Shown here piece by piece: positions 42,101 through 57,159 of a DNA stretch of 64,000 nt. Within the stretch, counting starts at the first letter, position 1; each line of letters starts with the position of its first letter. A program made the translations under genes and the position numbers. The notes beneath the pieces are model-generated. The model saw nothing but the letters and a program-made list of their open reading frames with translations, ran no database searches and was not told where the DNA came from. Origin of the DNA: Chrysomallon squamiferum (Eukaryota > Animalia > Mollusca); NCBI GenBank assembly GCA_012295275.1, contig CM022672.1, positions 29,636,001 through 29,700,000 on the forward strand, read 5' to 3'.

Positions 42101-42717
42101 CAGATGAAGAGTAACAACTGGAAAAGGATGTAGAACACAACAAAATAAGTTTAAAAACTAGCATTTAAACAGAAACTGTAATTTATTTACTTTTTAATTT
42201 ATTTTTATTTTTATTTATTTATTGTCAGTTCATTTGTTTTAATAAACACATAAATAAACAGTAAAGAGAGAAGTACAAATTAATTCCATAATTTAATTCA
42301 ACTAATTGATACATAGATAACCAGTTTTATGCTGGAATAGCAGACTGTACTTATTAATAAGTGAGTAATGGGGTTTTATGCATAAATAAGGCCTATTAAT
42401 GACTGACTCAGTGACAATAAATTTTCCATTTTATCATCTGAATTTTTATTTATTTTTCATCTGTTTGTACCTGTGAAGTGAAATACAGATTTGAATCCCA
42501 GCCCATAGCGTCCAACTTTAAGACGGTCTTTTTCTTTGTTGCTGCTTTGGATCATCTGGATTCCTTCCCAGTCGTTTTCAGTGAACAGTGCATCATTGAA
42601 CACACAGAGGCCAGGACCCTGTAAATAAAAGAAAAAAGTGTGTAAGTATAGTTTCATTAATGGACAGATAATTTCCGCCAGTAGATTTGTCTCCTATTTT
42701 TGTATTTGTAATACCAT

Positions 42718-42750
<33 letters not shown>

Positions 42751-43641
42751 CACTTATTTTTTGACATCTTCATACCGAGTGAGATTGTTTTGGATAGAAT
42801 ATACATTCCATGGTTAGAAGATTTTTTTTTAAGAAAGTGCAAATGACACTAGCAGAATAGGAAAAATGCCTCAGTGGCTTTATCAGTCGTTCAGAACAGC
42901 AAGAAGGTAGACTTTGTCATCAGTATCAGCCACATTTCCCAACTCTTTATGTTCAAATGTTATCTGTTTTAGTATTGTTATTAGAAAGCATTTTCTTTTT
43001 TATTTTGTTATGTTTTAGGTTGGCGTTTACTCAGATGTGTCTGAATTATTTCTTATTAAGAAAATATATTATAAATAACATATTTTTTTCAAGCAACAGA
43101 CTGAAGCTTGATGGTTTTCCATCATGTTTGGCTACACAACTGATTTATATTATGTAATTTTCCATGTTGGTGAACTCTGATAATTTGTAATACCATATTA
43201 TTAATAATAATTACAACAATAACAGCAGCAATAACAACAAGAAGAACAACAATGATAACGTTTGATGCTTAAAAATGTTAAAACATTATCAGTTTTACAT
43301 TCAGGTTTTCAATGAACATATCTTGTTACTTTGTTCTTCATTCACTGAGATATCATTTAAACTTCATTTCACTGACGTACCTGCAGTGCTTTCACATGAC
43401 ACGGATAATTCAGCTTAGCCAAGTCTTCTGACTTGTTACATTGCTGTTTTTCATACAAAACTTTCACCTCCTTTGCACCTGCATCTTCAGCATTCTGTAT
43501 TATTTCCTGTAAAACAGTAGTAGTACTTATCCTAATAATAGTTATGATGGCAATAAAGAGGTATAAAAAGTTGCAGAAGTAGTAGTTGCAGGAATAAGTG
43601 TGATTGTAATGTATTGTAGAAGCAGCAGCAGTGGTAGTACC

Positions 43642-43678
<37 letters not shown>

Positions 43679-45284
43679 CTTTGATCTGAGATTTATAGTG
43701 CTGACCACATTATGTTTCTGTTATTGAGATCAATACATGAAAAGTAATGGCTGAATCCTCCAAAATAATTTATACAATAGTTTTTGTTATTCCAATTTTA
43801 TCCATGGGGCAACAGTTATTATAGAAGAACAAAACAAATCTTCCATAATCTGATGATGGGAATGATGTTGTGCTTTGCACATTAAATTTGAGTAGCATCA
43901 GAAACAAAGTTTCCTTCCAGTGATCAATACATATCCCAGTGACCTAATATGCAACCTCTCTAACCGTACCTACATTTGTAATCATGAAGACTGATACAAA
44001 CTTTCACCAATCATTATATTTGACCAACTCTTATTTGGAAGACACCTGATGCTATCTACAATTCATCAGAGGATATCTATTTGAAGGACACCACATTGTT
44101 ACTGATTAGTTTCCATACATTGCTGTTAGTACATACATAACGGTTCAGGATTTACGGATATTCTAGAGGGTGCCTATGGGAAGAATGCAGTAGAACAATG
44201 GATGGTGACCTGAGTTTTGCTAATTCTGATTGCTAAAGTGTATATTTACCGACACACATAAAGGTGCTAGAGTCAAAGAATCCAAATGTATTCGAGAAAT
44301 GTCAAGAGGTGTATTCTTTGTGAATCCTAAATTGAGAAATTAGTAATTGGAGGTCTTGCTCTGGAAAATAACAGTAGAAAAGCAGATCATGAGAAAAAAT
44401 GGACACTGTGGAAACTCAATTCTACATTACTCTTCCGGAGATTATTGGTCATATCCATGAGATATTCGATGAAATACGACGAATAAAGGACAGTATGCAT
44501 TAGAAATGACTGGAGAAACATCACTATTATGGATTATCATGCAATGTATCTGTGGACTTTGTATAATCATGTGAAAACACTTAGAGTAAAATCTCAGTTG
44601 ATCAGGATAATCATAATGGTGACGCTGGTGAATTGTAACACAGGTAGGTGCCAAAATTTAACTTTTATAATTCTGTCTACAGTGATTAACAACTATGCAC
44701 AAACCTATCATGTAAACTTGAAGTCAAAATGACGTCATGTGCACCATTCAGGATATTTTAATCTGCAAGTAGTTGTGTTTTAAAGTTTTATTGCTTATTT
44801 GAAGGAAATCTCACTTATTTTTTAATCTGTTGTAATAGATTTATTAGTTTACACTGAATCAATAAAAACATTTGTAGTACACTGAAATAACTTTTTGGAG
44901 GATATAATCGTCTATTGACCTTACCTTTTTTGGAGTATGAGTTTAGTCACCTTCAGACTTATGGGAGTTAAAACTGAAGCTAGTAAATGTCTACAGTATC
45001 ATTAGTGATAATTGTAAATATTATATAGGTAAAAAAAGAAAGAATGTCATAATGATTTGAAACTAACTTTTATATTTAATTTTATTAAAATCAAACATTA
45101 GAAATACAATTTGGAACTATTTTCAATTTTGAATTTTGCAAAATGAATACAATACAATACAGTAATAATACCTTTAGAATCTGTCCTTTTGGATACTGAT
45201 CCAGTACTGATTTCAGCTGTTTGATCAGACTAGGCTGTTTCATGCAAGCCAGTCCTTCCTTTTGTTTGCTAGACCCAGAAAAGG
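33160..45284 (-). CDS. SACS: Sacsin-like protein, about 2900 aa if repaired; exons 45284-45172, 43506-43381, 42618-42471, 42024-40522, 40359-33783, 33456-33160; three frameshifts in the long exon, so possibly a young pseudogene
   Basis: Repeat 1: QPSLIKQLKSVLDQYP..QILKEIIQNAEDAGA, GPGLCVFND, VGRYGLGFKSVFH, GTLFWLPLR, TGLPVHVNGFFAL. Second repeat: FGQHEELTNRIK..ELLQNADDAGA..LQGPALCVYNN. J-domain RLYLKWHPDKN. HEPN EARRWLRQA..HQAAEKALKA..THDL..RYP. All introns are GT-AG with matching phases. Confidence 0.95.
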
Positions 45285-46479
45285 CTGAAATTACTCTCAT
45301 TAATTAGCAAGGACTAGTCATTTTAACAAGAATAGTACTCAGTAAAAATATTTAAATGAAATATGAAAGTATGTGTGTGATTTTTTCAAACAAATTACAA
45401 AATTTAAAACATTTATATAACAAAATTAAATAATTAATTAGAAATAGTGAAAATGAAATCAAAAATCGAGTATGTGCTGATTATTTTATTTTTATTTTTT
45501 CTCACCATTTTGTCTTATATATATGTATGTGTATCCGAGAATGTGTGTGTATGTGTGTGCGTCCGTTAACAAAAAACAAAAAACAAAATTTAAAAAACAA
45601 TATCTGTTTAGTAAAATCAAATGGATATGCAAATGATAAATTAATAATGAACAGATCTGTGTTAAAAAACAAATAATTTAGTGGTGATGTTAATGTCAGA
45701 TTTTTTTAATTTAAAAAGGGAAACAGAAATAAACAAATCCACATACCCATTTGGCTGCCTTTATTATGTCATGATAAATGTTGCTAGTTCTGAAGAAAAG
45801 ACAGAAAATAATATATATTATGTAGGAGTGAAAATATATTGTTTTGATATACTGTACAAAAATTATTTTTAGTAAGTAAAATACTCATTACATAAACATT
45901 AAATTTATTTCAGAAAACTTTAAATGAACAGAGTACATAGATACTTCAGCAATGACACTTACACAAACATCAATTACAACTTTAGATTATTAGAGCCTTC
46001 TACACAGATATGTATATAAGAACAATATTTATATAAAAATATTTATGTTATTAGATTGATTGAATCAATGTGAACCCAGATATTTCAACAGCAATATATA
46101 TTATACAAACATTATTTACATCTTTAGACTGATAGATGTCCTGTAAACATAGGTATTTCAAAAAACAATATTTATCACACAAACTTATTAAATACATATC
46201 TAGATAGAGAGAGTGTTGCATACATAGATATTTCAACAACAGTATTATACTCAATATACAAACACTAACTGATGTTACATTTTTAGATTGACAGAAGTTC
46301 TATATGTACAGAAATGTCAAAAACAAAACCATACCAGAAGACCTATTACATTATTAGTGAATTATTTACATCTATAATTAATAATAGACTGACTGTAGTC
46401 TCTGATAAAGTTGAATTACAGGAAAAAGTCGGTCTTATTTTACAACTGAGTGCTGCATACTTTTGAATTACTAAAATGA

Positions 46480-47790
46480 ATGAAGAAAATTGTGGTTTTA
46501 TCAATTTAGAAAAAATATTAAGTTATGATATTAATGGGAAATATTTCATAATAATATTTAATATGTACGACGGTTTAAAATCAAGAATTGTTGATAAATT
46601 CTTGCAAAACTGGAACAAGGAAACGGAAAAATGTATCATCTTTCTTATTTTCACTATATTTAAATGATTTAGTAAATTGTTTAGCCACAGAAAATTGTGA
46701 AGGTAATTCAATCAATAACCGATTTTCATGCTAAAAATATTAATGCATATCTTAAGTTATTTGTGTTATTATATGCTGATGATATTGTACTGTTAGTGGA
46801 AACAACAGATACAGAAAAACATCAAATGCACTGTTTTGAAATCAAAAGTTAATACTGACAAGATAAACATTTTGATTTTGTTTTTTCCTTGAGACGATTC
46901 AAAAACAAATGTTTTAGATTTATATATAGTGATATGGAAATAGAAATTGTTACTGATATTAAATACCTTGGGCTTGTTTAAATAAACTGAGATTCAAAAT
47001 CAATGATTGCTGCATTAAGAAAATATATATAGAGAGAATTTATATTATCAATTAACTTTCAGTTAGATGTTTTGACAAGGTCTTAAACCAGTATCGTATG
47101 GATGGCAAATCTGGGGTTTTAGTAATTCATATAGAACTGAAAGACTTCATCTAAAGTTTTTCAAATATGTATTATGTCTTAACAAGTCAACATTTAGCTT
47201 TATGGTATATAGTGAATTAGGGAGATAGCCATTGTCTAAAAGTATTAGAGTAAGAATGCTTACATTTATGAAGAGTATAAATTGTTTGGTGCGCTAGATA
47301 TGTTATAACCATAGTTTAAATGATAGATCAAGTCCTTGGTTATCTTCTATAAAAGGGATACAAGATGAATGTTTGTTTATGTAACACATATTGATGTGTT
47401 CAAAGTGAATGTCCTGTGAATAAAACCCTCCTGTTAAAAGAATGTTATATTTTCAGTTCTTATAAAAATGGCACATAGATAAACTTGAGTCATCTAGAGG
47501 AATTAATTATAGAATGTTCAAAGATGAATTTAAATTAGAATATTATGTTTTCAAGCTTCCAACAACAAATAAATTCTAGAACATTATCTAAATTTAGAAC
47601 TAGTAATGTGAACCTTTATATAGAAACAAGTAGATGGGTTCTATATAGAAAGTGAAGACTTATTATTTCATTTATGTAATTCTGATATTGTTGATGAGTT
47701 CCACTATATTTTTAACTGTACATCTTTATCTTTTGAGACAAATAAATATATGCCATATTATTACATACTTCATACTTACACCAAGTGCAG
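46480..47790 (+). mobile_element. Heavily decayed LINE RT and 3' region
   Basis: LLYADDIVL near 46770, KYLG near 46962, KFRTSN..IETSRW near 47590 and DEFHYIF near 47693, with many stops. Confidence 0.75.
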
Positions 47791-49087
47791 TAAATTTCAG
47801 CATTTATTTTCTACAACAACAACAACAACAGCCAGCAGCAGCAGCAAAAAAAAAAATCATTGACAAAAACTGAATGTGACCAAATATTTTTTTTCTTTTT
47901 TGGAGCATCACAAATGAATAAATTGCTTAAAATCACCACAATTTCTGTGCTTAAGGCCTCGGACACACAATCAGTAACTAACATTACGTTTGAGAAATGA
48001 TTTACCCAAATAACTGTGACGATTTATTAAGCAGTCAGTTGATATATATATATTGGCTTCTTCAGTTAGCTTTCTGACTCACGAGTGAATCGACTTCAGT
48101 GGCCATGACAGAATGTATTGTTCAGCAGAAAACATGTTCTAATCAAATACCTATCAGGTGGGGTGGTGTCGTCTAACTGGTTTAAGCTTCATTTCTACTG
48201 CTCTGTAAAATATATTATATTTAAGAAATGGGTGATTTTCTTGTGGCGTAAAACTTTTATATTTGACAAACAAATGCTTCTGTCCGATCAGATCTGTTTG
48301 CATGAATAAAACTGGTAGAGTTAAACCTGTGAGCATAAAAAATAGTGTATGAGTAAGGTTCACAATTTACTTTTGTAGACATATAACAAAGTGGTAGCTA
48401 CCCCAAGGCACATCACATCTTCACAATACGAGATAAAAATAAAGACAAAAATTCAACTCTTCTATTCATGCAGATAATATCTCAAATGGAGAATACAGGT
48501 CTGTAAAAATAGGTCGAAACAGGTATGTAATATATACGATTAATGTATATAGTGTATCACATTGCACTTTAGTTTTTCTCTGTTAAAACACTGAAATTAT
48601 ACTGTCTTCACTATTTGATGCTTCCGTTTATCTCTGTGTTATTGTCCTATACCTGTTTAGTTTCTTAATAAAAATACTATAAACTTCAATTATTTTGGTT
48701 TGTTTCTATTATAAAAGTATTTAGAAAACGATGTGATTAAAATAACATGAAATTATAAGTTGTTAAAACAGAGGTACCTGGAAAAAATAAAGATCTGTTT
48801 TGAAACTTATATGCTTGATACTCAAATTATTTAGTTCTCTTTCAGAATATATTTGTCTACTTTAACCAAAAACTTATGTCTAATTCATCCAAGTTTTCAA
48901 GAAATAGGTTATCAGACTTTCTTTTTTCATTTCTCTTTTCCCTCAATGCATTTTTTTTCAAATATTAAAATAAATTCTTTGTTCTGAAATTGCTTAGTTA
49001 AGAAACATTATCGTTGATATTATGTCATCATTAAATTCCCTTTTGATATATATTGTTAACAGAATACTGGTGAAAATAATAAACAAT

Positions 49088-49218
<131 letters not shown>

Positions 49219-50588
49219 AATAAAATAAAATAAAATAAAAATGATATAAATTGTTTCCAGAACAAGGGGATAAATATGTAGAATTTTGGAAAATGGTTTA
49301 CAGAGAATTGATCCTCTGAGCCATTGAATGACAGTTACATCCTGGATACACAGGATATCTCATTGGAAATAGAATAATATTAGAATATTACTGTAAATCG
49401 TGGCTCGAAACACGTCTGAAATTTATGGTGGATCAGAGAACAAATTTATGCCGAACATATTTATTTTCCACAAACAATCAGTGGCCCAGACTTGGTTTTG
49501 GTAGCCTAAACAAAAACTATTCATATTTCAGCTTTTATGTGAAAGAAAACGTGTTTATTAACTATTCGAGTAACATTTAAAAATAAGACGACATTCGAGA
49601 TGACCCCGATGGTCACGACAGGTTTTTACGATACTGGGTCAGCGTGATTCATAGTTTTGTTTATCAAGACTGAAGTTACCTGCATGCATATTTGGTCTAC
49701 AGAATTAGTGTCTATAAATAGATGTTGGCACATTAAGATAAGCCGATACGTCCAGTGTATCGAACTATTAGCAAACCTGTTACGTAAAATAAATATTTGC
49801 GATAAAATTATTAATACTGACACTTGTATTATGACATAGAAAAAGGTCGCACGAATAATATTTTTTGTGACGTACAACCCGTAATTTTGGCCGCATTTAG
49901 CTTCTTGTCTACAAATAAGTGAATGAGTAAATAATTAAATAACTAATAACAGATAAATTAATCAATATATGATTCTCTGATACAAACAAATGTCAGTTAA
50001 GTTAAACTAGTTTTTACATGGGATGTCTCTAATGTCATTAGATATTTGAAGTTATTGCTTACTTGCTATTTTCATAGTTTAGAAAGTCCAGATTGTTCTG
50101 CTAATTACATAATTCAAAGTAAAACCAAATTATGTCCTAATAACATATATAAAGAAAGTCACTAGTTATTTCTAACCAAAACTGATATTACTGTATGACA
50201 ATTTGACGTCTGCTTCTAAACACTGTTTAAGCTGTTTGTGTGCCAGTGTAAGTCTCATGCAGGACTCAAGTATTTTCAGTGTAATGATTTATAAAGCAAC
50301 GTTAACAACGTTAACTATCATAAAAGAGTTCAAATATGTTTTTGTGTGCTTTCTCCAATATCTAGACATTAAAAAATGTAATGGTTCTTAAACTTTTAAA
50401 TGTATTATATTTTAAACTTTTGTCATAAAAGCATACACATGCAAACACAGCCATTGTATTTTTCTTCTTATTCTTATTATTTGCAGTGTAATTTCATCGT
50501 ATTTATTTATTTATATAATATTTCTTAACTACAAATAAAATACTTTTGCCAGGGCATAGCCAGCTGATAAATGTTTTCAAAGTCTTAC

Positions 50589-50745
50589 CTTACTGTTGAT
50601 CAATGGCTGACAAATTTCAACTTTCCACATATTTACACGCTCCCATAATTTTGTTTTCGCTCAGCGTGGGTGTTGTTAGAGGTCTCTGCTGTATATTTAA
50701 TGTGATATGAAGCAGTTTATTGCCTTTTGTGGAAAAGAGGAAGTT
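50589..50745 (-). promoter_or_regulatory. Candidate promoter and non-coding first exon of the sacsin-like gene
   Basis: Strong minus-strand donor AAG|gtaaga at 50589/50588 and local CpGs. GGAAAGTTGAAA at 50615-50626 (minus) and GAAAAGAGGAAGT at 50732-50744 (plus). Confidence 0.3.
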
Positions 50746-51155
50746 CTTTGTCACGTATTTTTGTTTGATAGGTTGTACAAGTCATGGCAGATTCTATTCA
50801 AGGGATAAGAAATATGATACACAAACGAGTCTTTAAAAAGAAAATAAGGGGAAGAATAATAAATTTATAATAAATCTTAACAATGATTTACTGGCGATTT
50901 TGTACCACATTACTGATATTATACACATTAGTAATATTATTCAGACAGACATACAGACAGATAGGTGAATATATATTGGTAGCTATACAAATAGATCAAG
51001 AAACAACGTAAAACAGTTTTAAAATGTAAGTGAAACTGACAGAATAATTTTATTTTATCATATAAATATTTTATTTTATTACACTGGAGTATATACAAGT
51101 ATATATTAAATATCACAACATTCTTTGAAATAAATTACAAAATAATAGAATAGTT

Positions 51156-51260
<105 letters not shown>

Positions 51261-52097
51261 AAATGACAAAACTGGGTGAAAATTTAAAAAGTAAATCAGA
51301 TTTTGTTTGAAAGTGACTATTATTTTGTAATTTAACAAGTTTAAACGATACAGTAATTCAGGATAAAAACAACTTTTTTATATTTATTTTTGTTTTTAAG
51401 AACATAAATAAAGTAAACAAATTAACTAAATTAATTACCTTACAATAAATAAATATTTAAAAATAAAAATAAATAAAATAAACAAATTAATTACTTTATT
51501 AAATCCTGTCTGGAACTGTTTGGATGGTACTGGATCTGGTTAAAATAAAAGAAATTATCATCACTGTTAGAGATAAAAAATATTTTGGTATTTAGTCACG
51601 TATACACACTGGCTCACCAATGTTGATATTCTACATGTTCAGTTTAACAGTTTACACTGTCCTTATTTACCGAGTGAAAAATACTTGACCCTGTTTAGTC
51701 ACGTTTCGAATACACTAGTCATAAGTGTTTCCCAAAATTAATTCAGGTACCTAAAGGGGGGTAGCAAAGTGAGAAGAACATATTTTCTCAAATTTGTCAC
51801 AAACGTTAATTATAAATAAATATATTAGTAAATCAGTCTATTAATAAGCGAATAAATAAATAAGTAAATAAAATAAAATAAAATAAATGTAATTAACAGA
51901 TATGTCACTATTTTTATAGTAGTATACGTTTGGTGATAATGGTAGTATTAACATTAGCAGTAATTATTAATACTAGTAGTAAAAGTAGAGTACTGGTAGT
52001 ATTTATATTAGTATAAATATTAGTAGTAATACTAGTAGTAGTAATAGTAGTAGAGTACTGCTAGTATTTATATTATTTATATTACTATTTATATTAC

Positions 52098-52129
<32 letters not shown>

Positions 52130-53398
52130 ATAGAGTGCTGGTATTATTTATATTACTATTAGTATTAGTACTAATACTTGAAGTGATAGTTTTGTTGGTA
52201 TTATTGTTGTACAGTCTCTTTATTTTTTTATATTTTTTTTAAAGTGTTTTCATTTCCCAAAATAAAACAGGAGAATATTTTAGCAGATGATGCTTATTCA
52301 AGCCACTATGTTTGTGATTATTATCAATCATATATCATTACATGAACAGAAATTTAGATTTTTTTTTTAAATTACGAAAAATGACATATAATACACAATA
52401 CTAGAGCACGCTTCTAGGATTTAACTCAGGTACGGACCTGACACTGATACGAAATAACTCCCTCTCCTGACAACAATCAGTTGATCAGGTGATTCAGAAT
52501 GACCGCGTGACAGACACAGATAAAATACTTCGACATGAGATATAAATTTTGTTTAATTTAATACTGAAGTGCTGGGTATCGAATGTTTTTCTGGGTACAA
52601 AGGCAGGACTTTGTTTAATTGCTTCATTTAATATAATTTAAAAATAAAATTTTAATAACGATAATAAAAAAATAAAAAAATGTACCTCACAATTTAGAAG
52701 ACTAAATCAATGTGGATTGCACAAACAACACAATCCAAACAAAGATAAGATTTTGTAAACTGTATAGTTCTTGGTTTCGTTCTGATTATTATTGTTATTG
52801 TTATTGTTATTGTTTTTGCTATCACCGTCTAGGGCCTGTTTGAAACACTATGGCAGAGATTAATAAATTAAAACTGACTATCGTGATGGTATAATACAAT
52901 ACTCATCCATTAGATACATAATGTACCAATAACTTTAGTTTATTAATTTAGAAATATATTTTCTAATAATATTAAAGAAAACAAAAACAAATAAATTATT
53001 TGCTGATTTTGGGAAAGATGATTTAAAATAAGGAATCAGTCGATTGAATTCTATTTAGAATTGGGCACGAGAGAAGCAGAATACCTATATAACTATAAGT
53101 GTTAAGTTATATTATACTTTTAAAAGAAATAGGTTGTTAATGACGCAGATTACACTGCATGATGGCGGTACCAGTGTCTGTCTGTCTGTCTGTATATATA
53201 GTATTTATAACGCATTTATATTTTCTCTATTTGATATATACAGACTACACAATCTTAAAATTATATACATATAAAAAAGTATTACTTTATTAAGATTATC
53301 TATTGCTAGTTTTTAGAAGAGAAATGTATCTACGGAAAAACTGTTTCATTGATATTTGTGTGTAATTTCATAACAGCCAAGATTAAATATATTTGTCA

Positions 53399-53462
<64 letters not shown>

Positions 53463-53466
53463 TCAG

Positions 53467-53915
53467 TTGCTACTTATTACCATTCCTCTCCATCCTACCG
53501 ATGAAGTAATGTTACTGATAATACTACAACAACGAACACAACTACAACAGCTACTACAAAAACAAATACTGCAACTAAAACTACTAGAACGACTGCTACT
53601 GCAGTAACTAATAATTCTACTCCAGCTACTACAACAACTAATACTGATACTGCAAGTACTATAATAACTAATACTGTTATTATGTCAACTACAACTAACA
53701 ATTCCACTACAACTATTACAACAACGAATAATTCTGCAACAAGTACTACAACAGCTAATACTGATATTATAAGTATTGCATCAACTAACAATTCTACTGC
53801 AACTACTACAACAGTTAAGACTTCTCCTGTAACAGTACAAAATAATTATGTTACAGGTAATACAACGACTACAATAGAAACAGTATATACTAGTCGTAGA
53901 AATATTATATACTAG
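53467..53915 (+). repeat. Degenerate ACT/AAT-rich tract with a Thr/Asn-rich open frame
   Basis: About 135 codons without a stop and four TNNS(T/A) units. Follows an (ATT)n-ttcag acceptor-like site, but has an in-frame TGA near 53502. Confidence 0.45.
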
Positions 53916-53999
53916 CAGCAGCAGAAATAGTAGTTGCAGTAGTAGTATAACTTGGAGTAACAGTTGCTTTAATATTTTATCTTCTTCTTCTTCTTCTTC

Positions 54000-54060
<61 letters not shown>

Positions 54061-56149
54061 TGTTTTTGTTGTTATTTCAGAGGCTCTGTAGTGACCAACA
54101 TGATTTGTTTACAACACACGTCTCTGCTGCTAGTTTTCACGAAAATCTGTCACTGTTTCATGAATAGACGACGCGGTAAAAGCATGTGTATACTGCCTTT
54201 GTAGATATTAGTTTTTATTTATATGTCTTACGTCATTAGAGTATTCTTACATGTATTAGAAATTTGTGATAAAATACGTTATTAACCTGTACTTTGTTTT
54301 TCCTTTTGTTTTTACACGCATTCAAAATGCACTGTGTTCGTCGTTGTTGTAGTTCCCGTTGCTATTGAGTTTGTTATCAACATTTACAGTTGCTGTGAAA
54401 TCGTGAACGCCTATCTCCCTCTACTATCTTCCGCCTAGGGAGACAAGTTTGCTCGTAATTATGTATTGAAACATGGCTAAGGTAAATTGTATGTTTTAAT
54501 ATTTTCACTTGTATAAAAGGTTCTGTTCTAAGAGTTTTTTTTATTAAGAATTCAAATTTCATCGATATTGTTTTATCAGTAGTAAGCGGGAGGGGGGTGG
54601 TTATTATGTTTTTTTTTTTTAAGGATTTCTTTGCTTTGATTACTAGTAAGTGTTTTCATTAATAATTATTACTTTTATCATTATCGTGTTATCTGTTATC
54701 TGCAAATAGGAAAAAACCTGTACTAAAATAACCGTCGAATAAAAATATTTGATTTGATCGATGACATTCTCAACTTTCAAGTATCTATATATAGAATAAT
54801 CGTAATAATATGTTGGTCATGTTAACCATCAACTATTTATTAAACTATTAATACTGATTATTATCAATTCAAGAACATCCTTCCCATGTAAATTTCACAA
54901 CAAACGATGTACACAAAAAATCTTATGTACTGCTGAAAATAATTTCTGTATTTTTATATTTTTATTTTAAAGAATTATAAAACATCAGTTGTTTGTGCAG
55001 TATTTCAGGTGAAATTCACATGAGTAGTGAGTACTGAGAACTGGGTAGGTGGTGTACTAGTGGGGGGGTGGTGAGACGTAGTTTTTTCATTTTTGTTTGA
55101 GCGCTGCGGGCCGATCTGAGGTAGATCGATAAACGAGCCGTCATGACAGCGAAACACATTTTATTTTATTATTTTATTATGATTCTTTTAGTATCGTCGT
55201 CATTATCATCATCATCATTATAATTTCTACTGTGATGCTGCTGATGATGATGATTACTATTATTTTTCCCTTTTATTTTTAAATTTACTGTTTACCGTTT
55301 ACTTGTAATAAAAACAATAAGAGAAAAATGAACAACCATTACAAGGACAACATTAACAAGAGCAACGATGGCAGTAATAGTAGCGAAATAGGACGAACAG
55401 ACACTGTAAACGCGCTAAATAATAATGAGAAGTAGAAAAGTAGCATTAATAATAACTGCGATAAGATGATGCTAACGATGCCGAACAACAACAATAACAA
55501 TAAATAAATAAGTAAATAAAAAGTAATTAGTGTTTGTGTTTCTCTTTCTCTAATTTTGTCTTTTCGCATGTCTTTTTATTTCATTAATTTGTATCGTCTG
55601 ATTATTACAGAACCGCCTCATATAGATCTTCTCTGACGCTTTTGTTTTCTAGATCTCGTTCTCTTGTACTGTCGTTATTTTCATTTTTAAAATATTTTCC
55701 TCTCTGTCATGATTACCATTATTATTATTATTATTATTATTATTGTTGTTGTTGTTGTTGTTGTTGCTGCTGCTGTTATCAGTAGTAGTAATAATAATAA
55801 TAATAATAATAGGCTAATAAAATCTGCTAGTTCAGTAACAAAAATAAAAATCGACGGCAACATCACGGCAGTAATAATAATAATAATAATACAGACACAG
55901 AAAAATAACAACGACGACAAAACATTAATAATAACAACAACAACAACAACAATAATAATAATGTGCTTGTGGGTGTCTATAGCTTTTACTGGGTTTTTTT
56001 AACAGCATTAATCAGAACACACTCAAACCTTTGTTGAAGAACTGCAGACTGAATGGAGTAACACCAAAACACACACACATACACACAGACACACACCCAC
56101 ACAAATAAATAATAAAAAATAAACAGTCAGGGTGGAAGAAAATATAACT

Positions 56150-57030
56150 TAAATGCCTTTACGAGTGAAGACAGAGAAAGGATAGTTCATTTTCTGCACA
56201 ATTTTCCTCAAGACTATGCACTAATTTTGTGTGGGTGAGCGTCAGGATTCAAAAGGAGTGATTTGAAAATACTGCCTGCAAGTGAGATTATATCTTCACT
56301 TGGGAGGGAGTATCAACAGATTGCTATTGCATAGTGTAAATATTATTTTAAATTTTGTTTTTTTATTTATTTTTAAGAAAAAGTTAACTGACTTGTTCTC
56401 TGTTACTTATAGGCAAGTCATCATTTACCAGTCTTTGGAACACACCTGTTCTTTCTATTGTCCCAAAATAGATATATGCTGGCAGTGCAAACAAAACAAT
56501 GAAAAGATACATCAAACTACCAATCTTCCAGCACAAGAGTAAATGAGAGTGTTTGAAGAACATGATATAACAATTTCTAGACAAGTCAAAGATTAGTAAT
56601 TTCTGAAGCTGGTATATTTTTCTTTTGGTCAGCATCTTCCGAGCTCTTTTTCTGCTACAGTCCACCATTATTCTGACTTTGTACAGCAAGTTCACATTCC
56701 AAACAGATCTGTCCAGCCAGGACCAGTTTACTTCGTTGTGTCAAGAAAATGTGAAATGTTTGGAATATGTTCTGAATCTCTGCCTCAGCAAATAAATTAT
56801 CTAACAGATGAGGACATCAGCAGCAGTAAACGTTCGAATAAGGTAACGTCTTTACTGTGATGACTGCAAACAAAAACGGATTTATGTTGTGGATTTTGGC
56901 CTGGAGGGTTATCAGTGGACTTCATTCAGAAATATCAATAAACTTTATTCCTACTGGACATACCAAGTGTGCTCTAGTGTTGTCGATTACTGAATACAAA
57001 GTTCAAAGGCTCAGACGTGTAGAACCTTAT
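56150..57030 (+). mobile_element. Sola-like DNA transposase remnant
   Basis: DICWQCKQN, QQVHIPNRSVQPGPVYFVVSRKCEMFGICSE..PQQINYLTDE and NKNGFMLWILAWRVISGLHSEISINFIPTGHTK. Frameshifted; superfamily assigned from memory. Confidence 0.65.
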
Positions 57031-57159
57031 TGGCTTGTATCAGGATGTAAACAAAGGAAATGAAATCAATTCGGCATTTTTGAGGGTCCAGTGAAGAACC
57101 ACGAATTATTTATTACAAACAGAAACTTGCCATGGGAGTTTGCAGATTACTGAAGAGTT

